In this document: positions 1-11,428 of the stretch, in pieces | Numbering within the stretch: position 1 is the stretch's first letter | Layout of the letters: every line of letters starts with the position of its first letter | From: Deltaproteobacteria bacterium | Lineage (GTDB): Bacteria; JAGRBM01; JAHCIT01 | Direction of reading: 5' to 3' | Length of the DNA stretch: 64,000 bases | Assembly: GCA_026129095.1 (NCBI GenBank) | Contig: JAHCIT010000003.1 | Location: forward strand, 310,001-374,000 | Notes under the pieces: generated by a model | Seen by the model: the letters and a program-made list of their open reading frames with translations, nothing else | Databases searched by the model: none | What the model was told of the DNA's origin: nothing | Translations under genes and position numbers: made by a program

Positions 1-198
1 CATCTGCGGCATCCGGAAATCGCTGATGATGAGATCATATGGCCGTTTCCGCAGCGCATCGAGAGCGTCGGCGCCGTTGGCGACCGCATCCACCTCGTAG
101 CCCTGCTTCTTCAGCACGGCTCCCAGCATGATCCGGATATTCTCCTCGTCGTCCACGACGAGAATCCGTGTATGAGCCTGGCTGGCGGCGTTCGCCAT
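1..198 (-). CDS. Response regulator receiver domain, N-terminal part (PilR/NtrC-like; runs off window start)
   Basis: Manual translation from ATG at 198: MANAASQAHTRILVVDDEENIRIMLGAVLKKQGYEVDAVANGADALDALRKRPYDLIISDFRMPQM (VVDD and D-x-x-MP receiver motifs); starts 5 nt after the kinase stop. Confidence 0.9.
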   Translation of the reverse strand, partial: MANAASQAHTRILVVDDEENIRIMLGAVLKKQGYEVDAVANGADALDALRKRPYDLIISDFRMPQM

Positions 199-203
199 GG
201 TGT

Positions 204-1724
204 CTACCGCTCCGCCACCGGCAGGCGCATCAGGAATACCGTGCCTTCGGGAGAACTGCGCTCGACCTGGAGACTGCCGCCGTGAGCCTCCACAAGCCGT
301 GCCGATATGGCGAGGCCCAGCCCGGTCCCTTTGCCCGGCTCCTTGGTCGTGAAAAACGGATCAAAAATCTTCACCAGATCCTCCTGCCGGATTCCGCTCC
401 CATGGTCTCTAACCCGTGCCTCGACCCAGCGGCCATCCTGTGAATCGGAAATCCGGATGTCGAGACGGCCGCCTGACCCCATTGCGTCGGCCGCATTCAG
501 CATCAGGTTGATGAAAACCTGTTCGATCTGTCCGGGCTCACCGGCAACGCGGCTGCTGGAACTGCAGCTATAGTCCACCGTAATACCATCGAACAACCCG
601 CGGCCCCGGCACAGTTCCACCGCCTGCGCGGCAACCTGACCCGGTTCGAACCGCAAATCCCCGCGGGAACCGGCCCGCGCATAGTCCAGCAGCCCCCGGA
701 TGATCCGGTCGGTCCGTGCCAGTTCGTCCTGCATCCGCCTGACGATATCGGCACGGGCGGCCGGTTCCAGTGTCTCGTCATCCAGAAGTTCCGCAAAACC
801 GGTCAGCGCGGCAAGCGGGTTTCCGACCTCATGGGCAATCCCCGCCGCCAGCCGCCCGATGCCGGCCAGCTTTTCGGCCTGAATTGTCTCGTCACGTGCC
901 TGCCTTATGGCCTGGTTGGCCTGCTCCAGTTCCTGCATCCGCCGGCCCAGTTCGGCGCTCTTTGTTTCCAGGGCCGCCGTCATCACGTTGAACTGTGCCG
1001 ACAGCTCACCCAGTTCGCGGCAGGTCCGCTCATTCACCCGGACCCCGAAATCACCCGCCTCGACCCGCCGCATCGATCCGATCATGCGTGCAAGGGGGTT
1101 TTCCACGAGGGTGCGGAGCCGCCACCAGCCCAGCCCCGTCAGCAGCACCACCAGCGCAACGAGATAGGCAAGCAGCCAGGGGCTCCGCAGGTCACCGAAG
1201 AATGCGGGTTCCCTCGGGTGTCCCCACATTACGATCATACGCGCAGGGCGGCGGGCTTCGTCATGTCCGGCAAAGGCGACCGCATGAAACGGGATGGGCG
1301 ACCACCACGGGCCGATACGCAACGGTGGCGTGGGACAGTCGCCGGTGCGAAAGCAGATTTCGCCGTCGGCGGCGAAATCCTGGACTTCATCCCGCGGAGC
1401 ACCGCCGCCGGACAGATGGTTCCGTTCCCCCGCCCGGTACCATGCCCAGCCGCGAACCAGCCCTTCGTCCAGGGCCGGGCCCAGCAGGAGCTTGATCCGT
1501 TCACGGGGAGGCCGGCCAGCCAGTTCGTCCTCATGCACGGAGGCCGCCACCGTCGCCGCCAGCGTCGTGGCCTCGGCGTGATCGCGCCGTACATTCGAGC
1601 GGTAAAGGACTATTGTCAGCACCCCGACGACGAGAAACAGGATGAGCAGCAGCAGCCAGCCCAGTTCCAGAAGAACATGGTCGGCCAGCGGCCGGTTCCG
1701 GTCGCGCTCGCGTCCCCAGTTCAC
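204..1724 (-). CDS. HAMP-domain sensor histidine kinase (PilS2-like position after pilD)
   Basis: 2 TM segments, HAMP, H-box AHEVGNPL, N-box [25 protein letters not shown]; 4-nt overlap with pilD. Confidence 0.92.
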   Translation of the reverse strand: MNWGRERDRNRPLADHVLLELGWLLLLILFLVVGVLTIVLYRSNVRRDHAEATTLAATVAASVHEDELAGRPPRERIKLLLGPALDEGLVRGWAWYRAGERNHLSGGGAPRDEVQDFAADGEICFRTGDCPTPPLRIGPWWSPIPFHAVAFAGHDEARRPARMIVMWGHPREPAFFGDLRSPWLLAYLVALVVLLTGLGWWRLRTLVENPLARMIGSMRRVEAGDFGVRVNERTCRELGELSAQFNVMTAALETKSAELGRRMQELEQANQAIRQARDETIQAEKLAGIGRLAAGIAHEVGNPLAALTGFAELLDDETLEPAARADIVRRMQDELARTDRIIRGLLDYARAGSRGDLRFEPGQVAAQAVELCRGRGLFDGITVDYSCSSSSRVAGEPGQIEQVFINLMLNAADAMGSGGRLDIRISDSQDGRWVEARVRDHGSGIRQEDLVKIFDPFFTTKEPGKGTGLGLAISARLVEAHGGSLQVERSSPEGTVFLMRLPVAER

Positions 1725-2548
1725 AGCAACCTCTGCATCAGGTTGACCATCCCCAGCCGGAGCAGCAGTTCGATCTTCCCGCCGCCCAGAAACACCACAA
1801 AGGTTCCAGCGGCCAGGTACGGACCGAACGGTATCTCGGTAAACCGGCCAGCCCGGCCTGTGGCAATGAGCACCAGCGCCACGACGAAACCGGTCAGCGA
1901 CGCAGCCAGAATGGCCACGCAGACGCCGAGTGGCCCCAGCAGCGCGCCTGCCAGCGCCATCAGCTTGACGTCCCCCATGCCAAGCCCCTCACGGCCGGTC
2001 ATCCGGTAGTAAAGCTCGCGAACGCTCCAGAACATGCCGGCTCCAAGGAGCATCCCCAGTACGGCCGGTTCTGTACCCGTCCGCCCCGGCAGCCATGACG
2101 TGCCCAGGACCAGGGCCACGCCCGGCATCGAGATCGAATCCGGAATGATCTTGTGGTCGAAGTCGATCAGGCTGATGGCAACAAACGCCCAGCCAACCAT
2201 GAGCCCGGTCGCCACGGGCCATGGACCGGACTTGAACCAGACGACCAGCACGGCGACGGCGGCTCCGGCCAGTTCCACCGCAGGGTACCGGAACGGGATT
2301 GGCCACCCGCAGGCCCGGCATTTCCCGCGCAGCCAGATGAGCCAGCTGACGACGGGTATGTTGTCATACCAGCGGACCAGGGCCCCGCACTCAGGGCACC
2401 GGCTTGAAGGCGTGACCACGGAAGCGCCGCCGGGAAGACGGGCGATCACCACGTTCAGGAAACTGCCCGCGCACAGCCCGAAACAGCCGGCCACCGCCAG
2501 GCGAAACACCGGATCACTGAACGCTGAACTGAGGATATGGATCATCAA
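1721..2548 (-). CDS. pilD: Prepilin peptidase/N-methyltransferase
   Basis: GSFLNVVIARLP, SRCPEC, RGKCRAC, DFDHKIIPD, GMGDVKL, IPFGPYLA. Confidence 0.96.
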   Translation of the reverse strand: MMIHILSSAFSDPVFRLAVAGCFGLCAGSFLNVVIARLPGGASVVTPSSRCPECGALVRWYDNIPVVSWLIWLRGKCRACGWPIPFRYPAVELAGAAVAVLVVWFKSGPWPVATGLMVGWAFVAISLIDFDHKIIPDSISMPGVALVLGTSWLPGRTGTEPAVLGMLLGAGMFWSVRELYYRMTGREGLGMGDVKLMALAGALLGPLGVCVAILAASLTGFVVALVLIATGRAGRFTEIPFGPYLAAGTFVVFLGGGKIELLLRLGMVNLMQRLL

Positions 2549-2613
2549 CCGTCCGATTAGGAAGGGAGTTTAATGCCCAAAGTCGCCACGGAACAAGGCA
2601 GCGGCTATCCTCC

Positions 2614-3717
2614 TTGCCTGTGGAAACGTGGGCCACACCGCCATTCCGTCCGTCCGCCCCGGTAAACTGGGCAGCCTGGGGAGTATCAGCCCTTTTGCAT
2701 GGATTGGCCGCATGGCTGCTTGTCACCAGCGGTGCTTTTCATCCGGTAACCGACGGGCTCAGGAAATGGGCCGATGACCTTGTGCTGGTGGAGTTCGAGC
2801 CCCCGCCCCAATCCCCGCCGGGTGATACCCCCCTCCTGCCTGCCACCACCGTTTCCCAGTTGCCTCCATCGCCTCCTGCGGCAATCTCCGCTGGCCGCCA
2901 GATCGTCGATCTCCCCGCCGCTAACGACCAGGAACCTGAAACCGATACCCCTTTTGTCGCCGAACGGGCCTCCCGCGTCGAGCAGGAACAGCGCGGGAAA
3001 TACGGTGCGGCTCCTGAACTGGTAAATCCGGGGCTGCCCGGCGAGTCACCGGAGCCCGATACGGCAGATACTCCTGTCACCGCTCTGAGACCTCCGGAAG
3101 CCCGGCCCCGTGTTCCGGCGCTCTCTATTCCACCCGAACTGATGCCGGACTCTCCGCCTCTTCCCTCCGCTTCCACCAGCCCGGATGGAACGTCTGTCGC
3201 GCTGGTGAACCCCCGCAAGGAAGAAACGCCTCCGCCCCTGCCGCCGGGAACCGCCGGGCGGGGCGGCTCCTGCCCCAACCCGCCGTGCGGGCCGCAGGTT
3301 ACTGCCGACGTATCGGGCAGCACCATCGATTTCCTTGCCGGGATCGAAACCACCGGCAACATCACCCTGCTGAACGCCAAGTCGGTCACCTACGCCGGAT
3401 TTGTCCGTCGCGTCGCCACCAATGTTTTCAACCAGTTCATCCGGTCGTACCGGACCCGCGGCTGGCGCATCGATCCCGCACAGCTTGGCGAATCGCTCCG
3501 GGTGGACGCTCTCCTCGCTGCGGACGGGAACCAGGAGATGGTATTCATCCGGCAGTCTACCGGCCTCAGGCTCTGGGACGAGATGGGCCTCGACGCCATG
3601 AAAAAGGGCGCTTGGGATTCAAACCCGCCCAAGGGAGCGCTTGCCGCCGATGGCAAGATTCATTTTGTCTTTATTGTCGATCACCGTCAGGGGATCCTGA
3701 GGGCCGGGATACTGTAG
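2614..3717 (+). CDS. TonB/TolA-like membrane-anchored protein (Pro-rich linker, TonB_C-like C-terminus); start uncertain
   Basis: N-terminal TM with SALLH motif, Pro-rich stalk, C-terminal STG..WD..A..PP pattern. Confidence 0.65.
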   Translation: MPVETWATPPFRPSAPVNWAAWGVSALLHGLAAWLLVTSGAFHPVTDGLRKWADDLVLVEFEPPPQSPPGDTPLLPATTVSQLPPSPPAAISAGRQIVDLPAANDQEPETDTPFVAERASRVEQEQRGKYGAAPELVNPGLPGESPEPDTADTPVTALRPPEARPRVPALSIPPELMPDSPPLPSASTSPDGTSVALVNPRKEETPPPLPPGTAGRGGSCPNPPCGPQVTADVSGSTIDFLAGIETTGNITLLNAKSVTYAGFVRRVATNVFNQFIRSYRTRGWRIDPAQLGESLRVDALLAADGNQEMVFIRQSTGLRLWDEMGLDAMKKGAWDSNPPKGALAADGKIHFVFIVDHRQGILRAGIL

Positions 3718-3718
3718 G

Positions 3719-4633
3719 CTACTTCCCGTTTCCCGCCTCATCCTCGTCCTCATCATCATCCGTTTCCGGATCAGGCACCGCATCCGCGCCTTCCGGCAGC
3801 GCCTCGCGACGGGGCCGAACGCCCGAAACGAGCCACATGAACAGCTGAACCCCCGCATAAAAGTACATCATGCTGAACAGCATCAGTTCCGTATAAAGGA
3901 AAATGGCCGCCAGGAGGACGATGAACACCGGCAGCACGATGAAGGGCTTCTTGTCCTTCAGGTTGATGTCCTTGAAGGTCCGGAACGGCACTTCGCTCAC
4001 CATCATGAACCCGCAGAAAAACGTGAGTCCCAGGAAAAACGGGTGCCGGATCGTTCCCTCGATCGAGATGATCCCGAACAGGCTTTCGAAAAACTCCGGA
4101 TACTTCGTATGCAGCAGCACCGGGGTCATCATGAGGCCGGCTGCCGCCGGTGACGGCGTGCCGAGGAAATAGACCGCTTCGGTTTTTTCCTCCGCCCCCA
4201 CGTTGAACCGGGCCAGGCGGATCGCCGCGCACGCCACGTAGACGAAAGCCGCCACCCACCCCCACTGCCCGTAGGAACGGAGCACCCAGTGGTAAACCAG
4301 CATCGCGGGGGCGATACCGAAGCTGATAAGGTCGGCCAGTGAGTCGAGGTTCATGCCGAAAGCGCTTGTGGTCTTGGTCATGCGCGCCACGCGGCCATCC
4401 AGCATGTCGAAAATGCCGGCGATCACGATGGCCCAGGCCGCCTCGCGGAAGCGGAGGTCCATCGACGTCATGATCGAATAGAACCCGGCGAACATCGCCG
4501 TGGTCGTGAAGATCGCCGGGACGACATAGATCCCGCGTTGCCGGGCGGCCGAACTGATCCGCTGCCGGCGGCGGCGCAGCGCCTGGAGCGGCCCGCCCCC
4601 GGTGGCGGGGGCCTGTCCTGTCGCTTCGGCCAC
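3719..4633 (-). CDS. pssA: CDP-diacylglycerol--serine O-phosphatidyltransferase
   Basis: DMLDGRVAR..FGMNLDSLADLISFGIAPA CDP-alcohol motif; RLARFN. Confidence 0.93.
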   Translation of the reverse strand: MAEATGQAPATGGGPLQALRRRRQRISSAARQRGIYVVPAIFTTTAMFAGFYSIMTSMDLRFREAAWAIVIAGIFDMLDGRVARMTKTTSAFGMNLDSLADLISFGIAPAMLVYHWVLRSYGQWGWVAAFVYVACAAIRLARFNVGAEEKTEAVYFLGTPSPAAAGLMMTPVLLHTKYPEFFESLFGIISIEGTIRHPFFLGLTFFCGFMMVSEVPFRTFKDINLKDKKPFIVLPVFIVLLAAIFLYTELMLFSMMYFYAGVQLFMWLVSGVRPRREALPEGADAVPDPETDDDEDEDEAGNGK

Positions 4634-4693
4634 GGTGATCCCTCCAGATGTGGACAGGGAGTATAACCTATCGGTCCCCGACAGGAACCATCC

Positions 4694-5719
<1,026 letters not shown>

Positions 5720-5819
5720 TCAGTTTTCTCCAGTAAACACCGGGAGTTCCCGGCGATTTGTTTCCGTTTCCGGACCACCCCGTTTGCCACACGGGGACAG
5801 GCCGCGCAAGAGCCGGTTT

Positions 5820-6311
5820 TCACCCTCTCCGTTTGGCCGTTTCCGGGGCCTTCAGGGACCGGATATCCAGCTCGCGGATCATCCGGTCCAGCAGGCCGTT
5901 CACAAAGGAAGCCGTCGCGGCGTCGCCGAACAGCGCGGCCAGTTCCACCGCCTCGTTCAGGGTGACTTCCACCGGGATATCCGGCCGGAACCTGAGTTCG
6001 TAGGCGGCGAGGCGAAGGACACACCGGTCAATCACGGCCATGCGGTCGATCCGCTGCCGGGCCGCGAACCGGACGAGCATCGAATCCAGTTCGTCGCGGT
6101 TGGCAACAATGCCCTGGACAAGATCCACGGCGAACGAGCGGATTTCGCCCGAAAGGCGCCCTCCGCCCGGCTGTGGACGATTGACCACCTCTTCAGCCGG
6201 AGCCGGGTTCAGCTCGATTTCGTACAAGGCCTTTACGGCCTCCTCACGGGCACGCCGCCGCTTGCTCCGCCGGCTGGAGTCCGGGCGGCTTCTGTCCTTG
6301 GCATCCTGCAT
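5820..6311 (-). CDS. nusB: Transcription antitermination factor NusB (start moved to ATG 6311)
   Basis: RRRAREEAVKALY, DRCVLRLAAYEL, NEAVELA, FVNGLLD; follows ribH. Confidence 0.93.
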   Translation of the reverse strand: MQDAKDRSRPDSSRRSKRRRAREEAVKALYEIELNPAPAEEVVNRPQPGGGRLSGEIRSFAVDLVQGIVANRDELDSMLVRFAARQRIDRMAVIDRCVLRLAAYELRFRPDIPVEVTLNEAVELAALFGDAATASFVNGLLDRMIRELDIRSLKAPETAKRRG

Positions 6312-6331
6312 TGTGAACTGGTTGGCGCGGT

Positions 6332-6808
6332 TCAGGCCGGGATCGTGCGGTAGAGATCGGCCATCTCGATGGCCGCCACGGCCGCTTCCCACCCCTTGTT
6401 GCCGGCCTTGGTCCCGGCCCGCTCGATCGCCTGCTCGATATTTTCGGTCGTCAGCACGCCGATGGATACCGGCACACCAGATTCAGATGCCTGCGCCGCG
6501 ACGCCCTTGAACACTTCCGATGCGATGAGATCGAAATGCGCCGTCCCGCCCCTGATCAGCGCGCCCAGCACGATCACCGCCGAGGGCTTGAGCGATTTCG
6601 ACTTCAGCACCTCGCCCAGAACGGCGGGCAGCTCAAATGCGCCCGGCACCTTGACGACGCTGATGTCGGCATCCTTTGCCCCGTGGCGGACGAGCGCGTC
6701 CAGGGCGCCCTCCAGCAGGCGGTCAGTAATGAAGTGGTTCCACCGGCTCACGAGAATCGTGAACTTCATCCCCGTGGCGACAAGTTTTCCTTCGTAGATC
6801 TTCGGCAT
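6332..6808 (-). CDS. ribH: 6,7-dimethyl-8-ribityllumazine synthase
   Basis: VPGAFELP, IRGGTAHFD, QAIERAGTKAGNKG. Confidence 0.97.
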   Translation of the reverse strand: MPKIYEGKLVATGMKFTILVSRWNHFITDRLLEGALDALVRHGAKDADISVVKVPGAFELPAVLGEVLKSKSLKPSAVIVLGALIRGGTAHFDLIASEVFKGVAAQASESGVPVSIGVLTTENIEQAIERAGTKAGNKGWEAAVAAIEMADLYRTIPA

Positions 6809-6963
6809 AAAGACAGTAACGGGGCTCCCGAAATCCCCACAAGTTACGCCACACTACGGCTACAATGGCGCCGGGTCAAGGTGATGGGGTTGGCCTTGCC
6901 ATCCCCTGTCCGTTACCCTGCGTCTGCTATCAGCCCCGATATAACTTCCGGAGGATTTTCCCC

Positions 6964-7632
6964 ATGCGTGTCCATGTTTCCCTGATACCGTGCATCGCCG
7001 CCCTAGCCGTGCTCGCCGCCCTGCCACCCCGGGCCTTCAGCGAGGAACCGCCGCTCACGCCCACCCCGGAAGGCATGGCACAGGCGATCCGCGACGGAGA
7101 GTCCGAATCGAAGGAATACGTGCGCGAGGCAGCCTCCCAGCCCGATTCGGGTGCCATCGCCATTCTCTCGGCTGCCGTCGAGCCAGGCGTCAAGGCGGAT
7201 ATCCGGAAGGCCGCCATCGATGTCACCCTCAAGCACCGGCCCGGCGTGGCCGACAAGGTGCTCGGTCAGGTCATGAAATCTGGCGATCCGGCCGACAAGA
7301 GCCTGGTCATCAAGGGTGCCGACAAGCTGGACGAACAGGTGCAGTTCAACGTCCTCAAGGCAGCGCTTGAGGACCGCACCACGAAAGTGCGTGAGGAAGC
7401 GGTTGACACGATCCTCAAGCTCCGCTCGCCGGGCAACAAGGTGCGCCTCATGGTCGAAGCGGCCAAAACGCCCGAACGCCAGCTCAAGATAAAAATCCTC
7501 ACCGAAGCCGAAAAAATGGACCGCCAGGCCGCCTACAATGTCGCCCATACCTTCCAGTCCGACCGCGACGGGGCCATTCAGGATCTGGTCAAGCGGATCA
7601 AGGACAAGCACGATCTGCACGGAAAGAAGTAA
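6964..7632 (+). CDS. Exported HEAT-repeat-like protein
   Basis: GGAGG RBS before ATG 6964, signal peptide, HEAT-like 'LKAALEDRTTKVREEAV' helical repeats. Confidence 0.6.
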   Translation: MRVHVSLIPCIAALAVLAALPPRAFSEEPPLTPTPEGMAQAIRDGESESKEYVREAASQPDSGAIAILSAAVEPGVKADIRKAAIDVTLKHRPGVADKVLGQVMKSGDPADKSLVIKGADKLDEQVQFNVLKAALEDRTTKVREEAVDTILKLRSPGNKVRLMVEAAKTPERQLKIKILTEAEKMDRQAAYNVAHTFQSDRDGAIQDLVKRIKDKHDLHGKK

Positions 7633-7639
7633 CCTCTTT

Positions 7640-7725
7640 CCCATTAACCTTGTTTAACTTTTAATATGGATTAACCCATTGAAATTGTTTGACTTATCCC
7701 AAGCTGACTCTTTAGTTTAAGTAGA
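7640..7725 (+). promoter_or_regulatory. AT-rich promoter region of gspL with TTAAC direct repeats and a TTGACT -35-like box
   Basis: TTAAC at 7644, 7654 and 7671, TTAAT at 7661; TTGACT followed 18 nt later by TAGTTT. Confidence 0.45.
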
Positions 7726-7755
7726 TTACTTTCTTTTGGGGTCCGCCGCTGAAGT

Positions 7756-9834
7756 ATGCCGATTGAGTTCACGTCCGTCGAGCTAAACCACTGGGGTATC
7801 CGGTGGATCAAGGTCGGAGCCACGCTCCGGACGCTGGAGCTTGTCGAGACGGGCCTCCAGCCGCTGGATGAACTGACCGAAGCTGTCGCCGATATCACCG
7901 ACGAAACCGGAGCCGAACCGGCTCCCGGAGAGGGCGAGACCGGTGCTGACGAGGCGGCCGGCGACAGTGAGTCTGGCGGCGAAGAAGAAGGCGAAGCACC
8001 TCCTCCCGTTGCCGCCACCGCCCGCCCCGATGACGACGGCCTCGCGCCCTGGAGCGAGATCGAGCGCCGGCAGATTGCCACGCTCCGGCGGCTCGTGGCC
8101 GAAGGCCATATCCCCCACGAATTCGTCATCACGGCCCTGCCAGGCACGGCGGTGTCGGCGCGGCTCGCCACCTTCCCCTTCGACAAGCGCGCGAAGATCG
8201 AACAGGTGCTGAAGACAGAGGTGGACAGCCGCCTGCCGTTCGACATCGATGATGTGGTGACCGACTTCGTGGTGCTGGGAAAACTCCCCGCGCCCGGCGG
8301 CGAAGTGGACGAAGACGCAGGTACCTCCGTCCTGGCGTTCGCCGCTTTCAAGGGCGCTGTGGGCCGCCTGCTCCGGCTGTTCCGCGCCGCCGGAATCGAA
8401 CTCCGCCAGATCAGCACGCAGCCGGTGGCGCTGGCGGGACTCGCCGGTACTGCATCGGTGCCGGGGCCCCATCTGCGCGTCTATCTCGGCGAGAAGGAAA
8501 CATCAGCCGTCATCATGGATGGCGGCGGGCGTCCACTCTATGTGCGGACGGTGCCGCTCGGCCTTGAAAGCTCGATACTCCGATGGGAAGTTCCCGAGTC
8601 GGAGAAGGGCCGCTACCGCGAGTTCCTGGAACGAGGCACGGCCATTCCCGACGGCCCGGCCCGGCCCGATCACAGCCTCTATACAGGCCGCATACGCAAG
8701 GATATAGCCGCGGTCGTGCGGGCATTCGAAGCCCAGTTCTCCATTGATCTTTCCACCGTGACCTGGTTCGGACCCGGCAGCACGGACCCGGAACTGGTCC
8801 GGCTCGTGAGCGACGGGCTTTCGCTATCGACAGCGGAGTTCCAGCCCGACGCCGCGGCGCTCGGCGAGCTGGACTTTCCGCCGGACCGTTCGCCTTCGCT
8901 CTGGGGCCCCGCAACGGCGATGGTTCTCCGTCTTGCCCGGCCGGAAAAGGCCGCCACCGGCGTAAACCTGCGGCGCGAGGAGTTCGCCTACCGGTCCCGG
9001 TTCCGCGACCTCGGCGAAAAGCTGCTCCCCGCCACCTACTTCGTCGTCGTGGGCGCGATCCTGTTCGCCATTGGCACGATGGTCAGCATCTGGTCACTCC
9101 AGGAAAAGCTCGGCGAATCGCGTGTCCGCGTGGCCGAAGCGTACCGGCGCACCACCGGGAAGGACATCTCCAACTACAGCGAGGCCACCCGTGAACTGCA
9201 GAACCAGCTCGCCGCGCGCGAGCGGCTGCTGGAGGTCATGAGCGAGATCAGCGGCGTGTCGATCCTCAACCATTTGTCGGAGATTTCGCGGACCATCAAG
9301 AGAGAAGTCACGGTCGATACCGATAGCCTCTCCGTCGAGCGCGACCGAGTCCTGCTGGATGCCCGCACGGCTGACTACAACACGCTCGGACTGATCGAAA
9401 GCTACTTTGAAAAGCATCCGGTCTATCGCAAGGTGGAAGTCCGCAATACCCGGCGTCTGCCGGACGGCAAGGTCGGCTTCCGCATGGAACTGTATGTCAG
9501 CTCCGAGGAGGAACAGGCCAAGGCCCTGGACGAACAGAAGAAGAAGGAAGCCGCCGCTGCCGGTGCCACAGGCACTCCGGCCACTGACGCAGGCGTTTCC
9601 GGCGACGAAGCAGAAATGATCCCGGACGAACCGGCCGCGACGGAACCCGAAGGTGCCCCGGCTGAAACTCCCGGTGCCGCGGCACCAGGCAGTGACGGTC
9701 CCCAACTGGAGATCGTGCCGGTGCCTGCCACTCCGGCCGAACCTGCCGTTTCGCCGCCGGCTGCTGAAGCCGCGCCGGCTCCGCCCGAGGCCCCACGCAC
9801 CCGGCCCACCCGCCCCCGAAGGGAGCGCCAGTAA
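7756..9834 (+). CDS. gspL: Type II secretion protein GspL-like (PilM-like cytoplasmic domain, TM, PilN-like domain)
   Basis: LPFDIDDVVTDF, VNLRREEFAY before the TM, periplasmic ferredoxin-like region; followed by M- and N-like genes. Confidence 0.78.
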   Translation: MPIEFTSVELNHWGIRWIKVGATLRTLELVETGLQPLDELTEAVADITDETGAEPAPGEGETGADEAAGDSESGGEEEGEAPPPVAATARPDDDGLAPWSEIERRQIATLRRLVAEGHIPHEFVITALPGTAVSARLATFPFDKRAKIEQVLKTEVDSRLPFDIDDVVTDFVVLGKLPAPGGEVDEDAGTSVLAFAAFKGAVGRLLRLFRAAGIELRQISTQPVALAGLAGTASVPGPHLRVYLGEKETSAVIMDGGGRPLYVRTVPLGLESSILRWEVPESEKGRYREFLERGTAIPDGPARPDHSLYTGRIRKDIAAVVRAFEAQFSIDLSTVTWFGPGSTDPELVRLVSDGLSLSTAEFQPDAAALGELDFPPDRSPSLWGPATAMVLRLARPEKAATGVNLRREEFAYRSRFRDLGEKLLPATYFVVVGAILFAIGTMVSIWSLQEKLGESRVRVAEAYRRTTGKDISNYSEATRELQNQLAARERLLEVMSEISGVSILNHLSEISRTIKREVTVDTDSLSVERDRVLLDARTADYNTLGLIESYFEKHPVYRKVEVRNTRRLPDGKVGFRMELYVSSEEEQAKALDEQKKKEAAAAGATGTPATDAGVSGDEAEMIPDEPAATEPEGAPAETPGAAAPGSDGPQLEIVPVPATPAEPAVSPPAAEAAPAPPEAPRTRPTRPRRERQ

Positions 9835-9837
9835 GAC

Positions 9838-10377
9838 ATGTTCGACCGGCTGCAACCCCGTGAGCGCGCGCTGATCATCGCAATGGCCGCCGTGCTGGTC
9901 ATCACGGCCCTGTTCATGTTCGTGCATGTGACCGGCAAGAAGCGCCGCCAGCTTGCCGACCGCATCCAGCAGGCCAGTACCGACGTCGAGATGATCTACC
10001 GGATCGGAAACCGGCTGACGGACATCGAGGCGACGATCGGGAACATCAAGCTCCCCTCGGGAACGACCTGCGACCGCAACCTCTACGGCTCGATCGAATC
10101 CCTCGCCCGCCGCGAGGGCATCACGGACCTCACGATCCGTCCGCTCCAGTCCCAGGAAAACGACTATCTCGATGAACAGTCGGTGGAAATCGAGGTCCGC
10201 AAGGTGCCACTCGTGAACCTCGTCAACTTCCTGTATGCAATTGACCGCTCGCCCCAGGCCTACCGGGCCTGGCGTTTCAATGTCCGGCGGCGGTTCGATG
10301 ACGCGAACCTGCTTGACAGCCGCTTCCAGGTCTCCCTGTTCTGCGGCAAGCAGCAGGTGCCGGAAGGAGGTGGCTGA
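9838..10377 (+). CDS. gspM: Type II secretion protein GspM-like
   Basis: LQPRERALI plus TM, coiled coil, LVNFLYAID. Confidence 0.78.
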   Translation: MFDRLQPRERALIIAMAAVLVITALFMFVHVTGKKRRQLADRIQQASTDVEMIYRIGNRLTDIEATIGNIKLPSGTTCDRNLYGSIESLARREGITDLTIRPLQSQENDYLDEQSVEIEVRKVPLVNLVNFLYAIDRSPQAYRAWRFNVRRRFDDANLLDSRFQVSLFCGKQQVPEGGG

Positions 10378-11333
10378 TGGAACTGAGCCTCCCCGCATCC
10401 CTGTCAAAGCTGACCGCACGCCAGCGCACCGCGCTCAAGATTGGTGGCTATGTCCTGTGGGGACTGATCTTCACCCTCGTCTTCGTCGCCATGAAGTTTC
10501 CCGACAACCGGCTGCGGGAACTGGCCGAAGCCGAGATGTCGGTCATCACCGGGAAGGAAGTGAAGGTCGAGAAGGCCGGTCTGTACCGGCTGAGCGGACT
10601 CGACATGACCGGCGTCGATTTCTACTCCACAGGAGGGTTCGCGCAGCCCCTCCTCCGCCTGAAGCGCCAGCGGATCCGGATGTCCATCCTGCCTGCGCTC
10701 ATCGGACGGCTGTCGGCCTGGGGCATCACGGAACCTGAAGCTGGCGGCACACTGGAATTGAATGTCCGGGCGAAATCCAGCGACGCCAGCCTCGGTCTCG
10801 ATTTCCGCCAGTTCCAGCTTTCCGGTGCGCGCCTGGAGCCAAAATCGCCGGATCATCCTCCGACCGAAATCGATGCCACCATTTCCGGAAAAGTCAGTTA
10901 CTCGGTCGATCCGGGCGGCGAGGTAGGACTGGCTGACCTCGGCTCGGTCCTCGCCCAGATCTATGGAGCCACGGCCGGTATCGATCTCACGATCACCGGA
11001 GTCCGGCTTGCCAACCTCGCCTCGGAAACCCTCCCGCTCTCCGAACTGCGGTTCGATACCTTCACGATCAAGGGGGATATCGCCGAAGGACGGCTCAACC
11101 TGTCCGAATGTTCCGGCACCGGTCCCAAGGGCGATCTCTCCCTGCAGGGCCAGATCAGCTTCACTGATCCCATCAGGCAGTCCGGTCTCCGGCTCCAGAT
11201 CCGCTACCAGCCGGATGAAGAAACGCGGAAAACCCTCGGCCCGGTGATCGGTCTCAAGCTCCGCGACGACGGTCGCGGCGTCTACACCGGCTACATCGTC
11301 GGCCAGTTCGGATCGCCCCAGGTTCACAAATAG
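10377..11333 (+). CDS. gspN: Type II secretion protein GspN-like (deltaproteobacterial type)
   Basis: N-terminal TM then FP, beta-rich body, C-terminal GQFGSP; 1-nt overlap with gspM. Confidence 0.72.
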   Translation: MELSLPASLSKLTARQRTALKIGGYVLWGLIFTLVFVAMKFPDNRLRELAEAEMSVITGKEVKVEKAGLYRLSGLDMTGVDFYSTGGFAQPLLRLKRQRIRMSILPALIGRLSAWGITEPEAGGTLELNVRAKSSDASLGLDFRQFQLSGARLEPKSPDHPPTEIDATISGKVSYSVDPGGEVGLADLGSVLAQIYGATAGIDLTITGVRLANLASETLPLSELRFDTFTIKGDIAEGRLNLSECSGTGPKGDLSLQGQISFTDPIRQSGLRLQIRYQPDEETRKTLGPVIGLKLRDDGRGVYTGYIVGQFGSPQVHK

Positions 11334-11428
11334 CCGGAACGGTGCCGTTTGGGGTTTCCCACCGGTTCCGTATAGGATTACCACGCTCCCTGAAGTGAGG
11401 CGGCGCCCAGAAGCGCGAGGTAACCCCA

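Noticed and set aside
6809-6963. FMN riboswitch before ribH (also M-box before mgtE, cobalamin switch before exbB)
   Set aside because: No recognisable conserved cores; an Infernal scan would be needed to exclude them fully.
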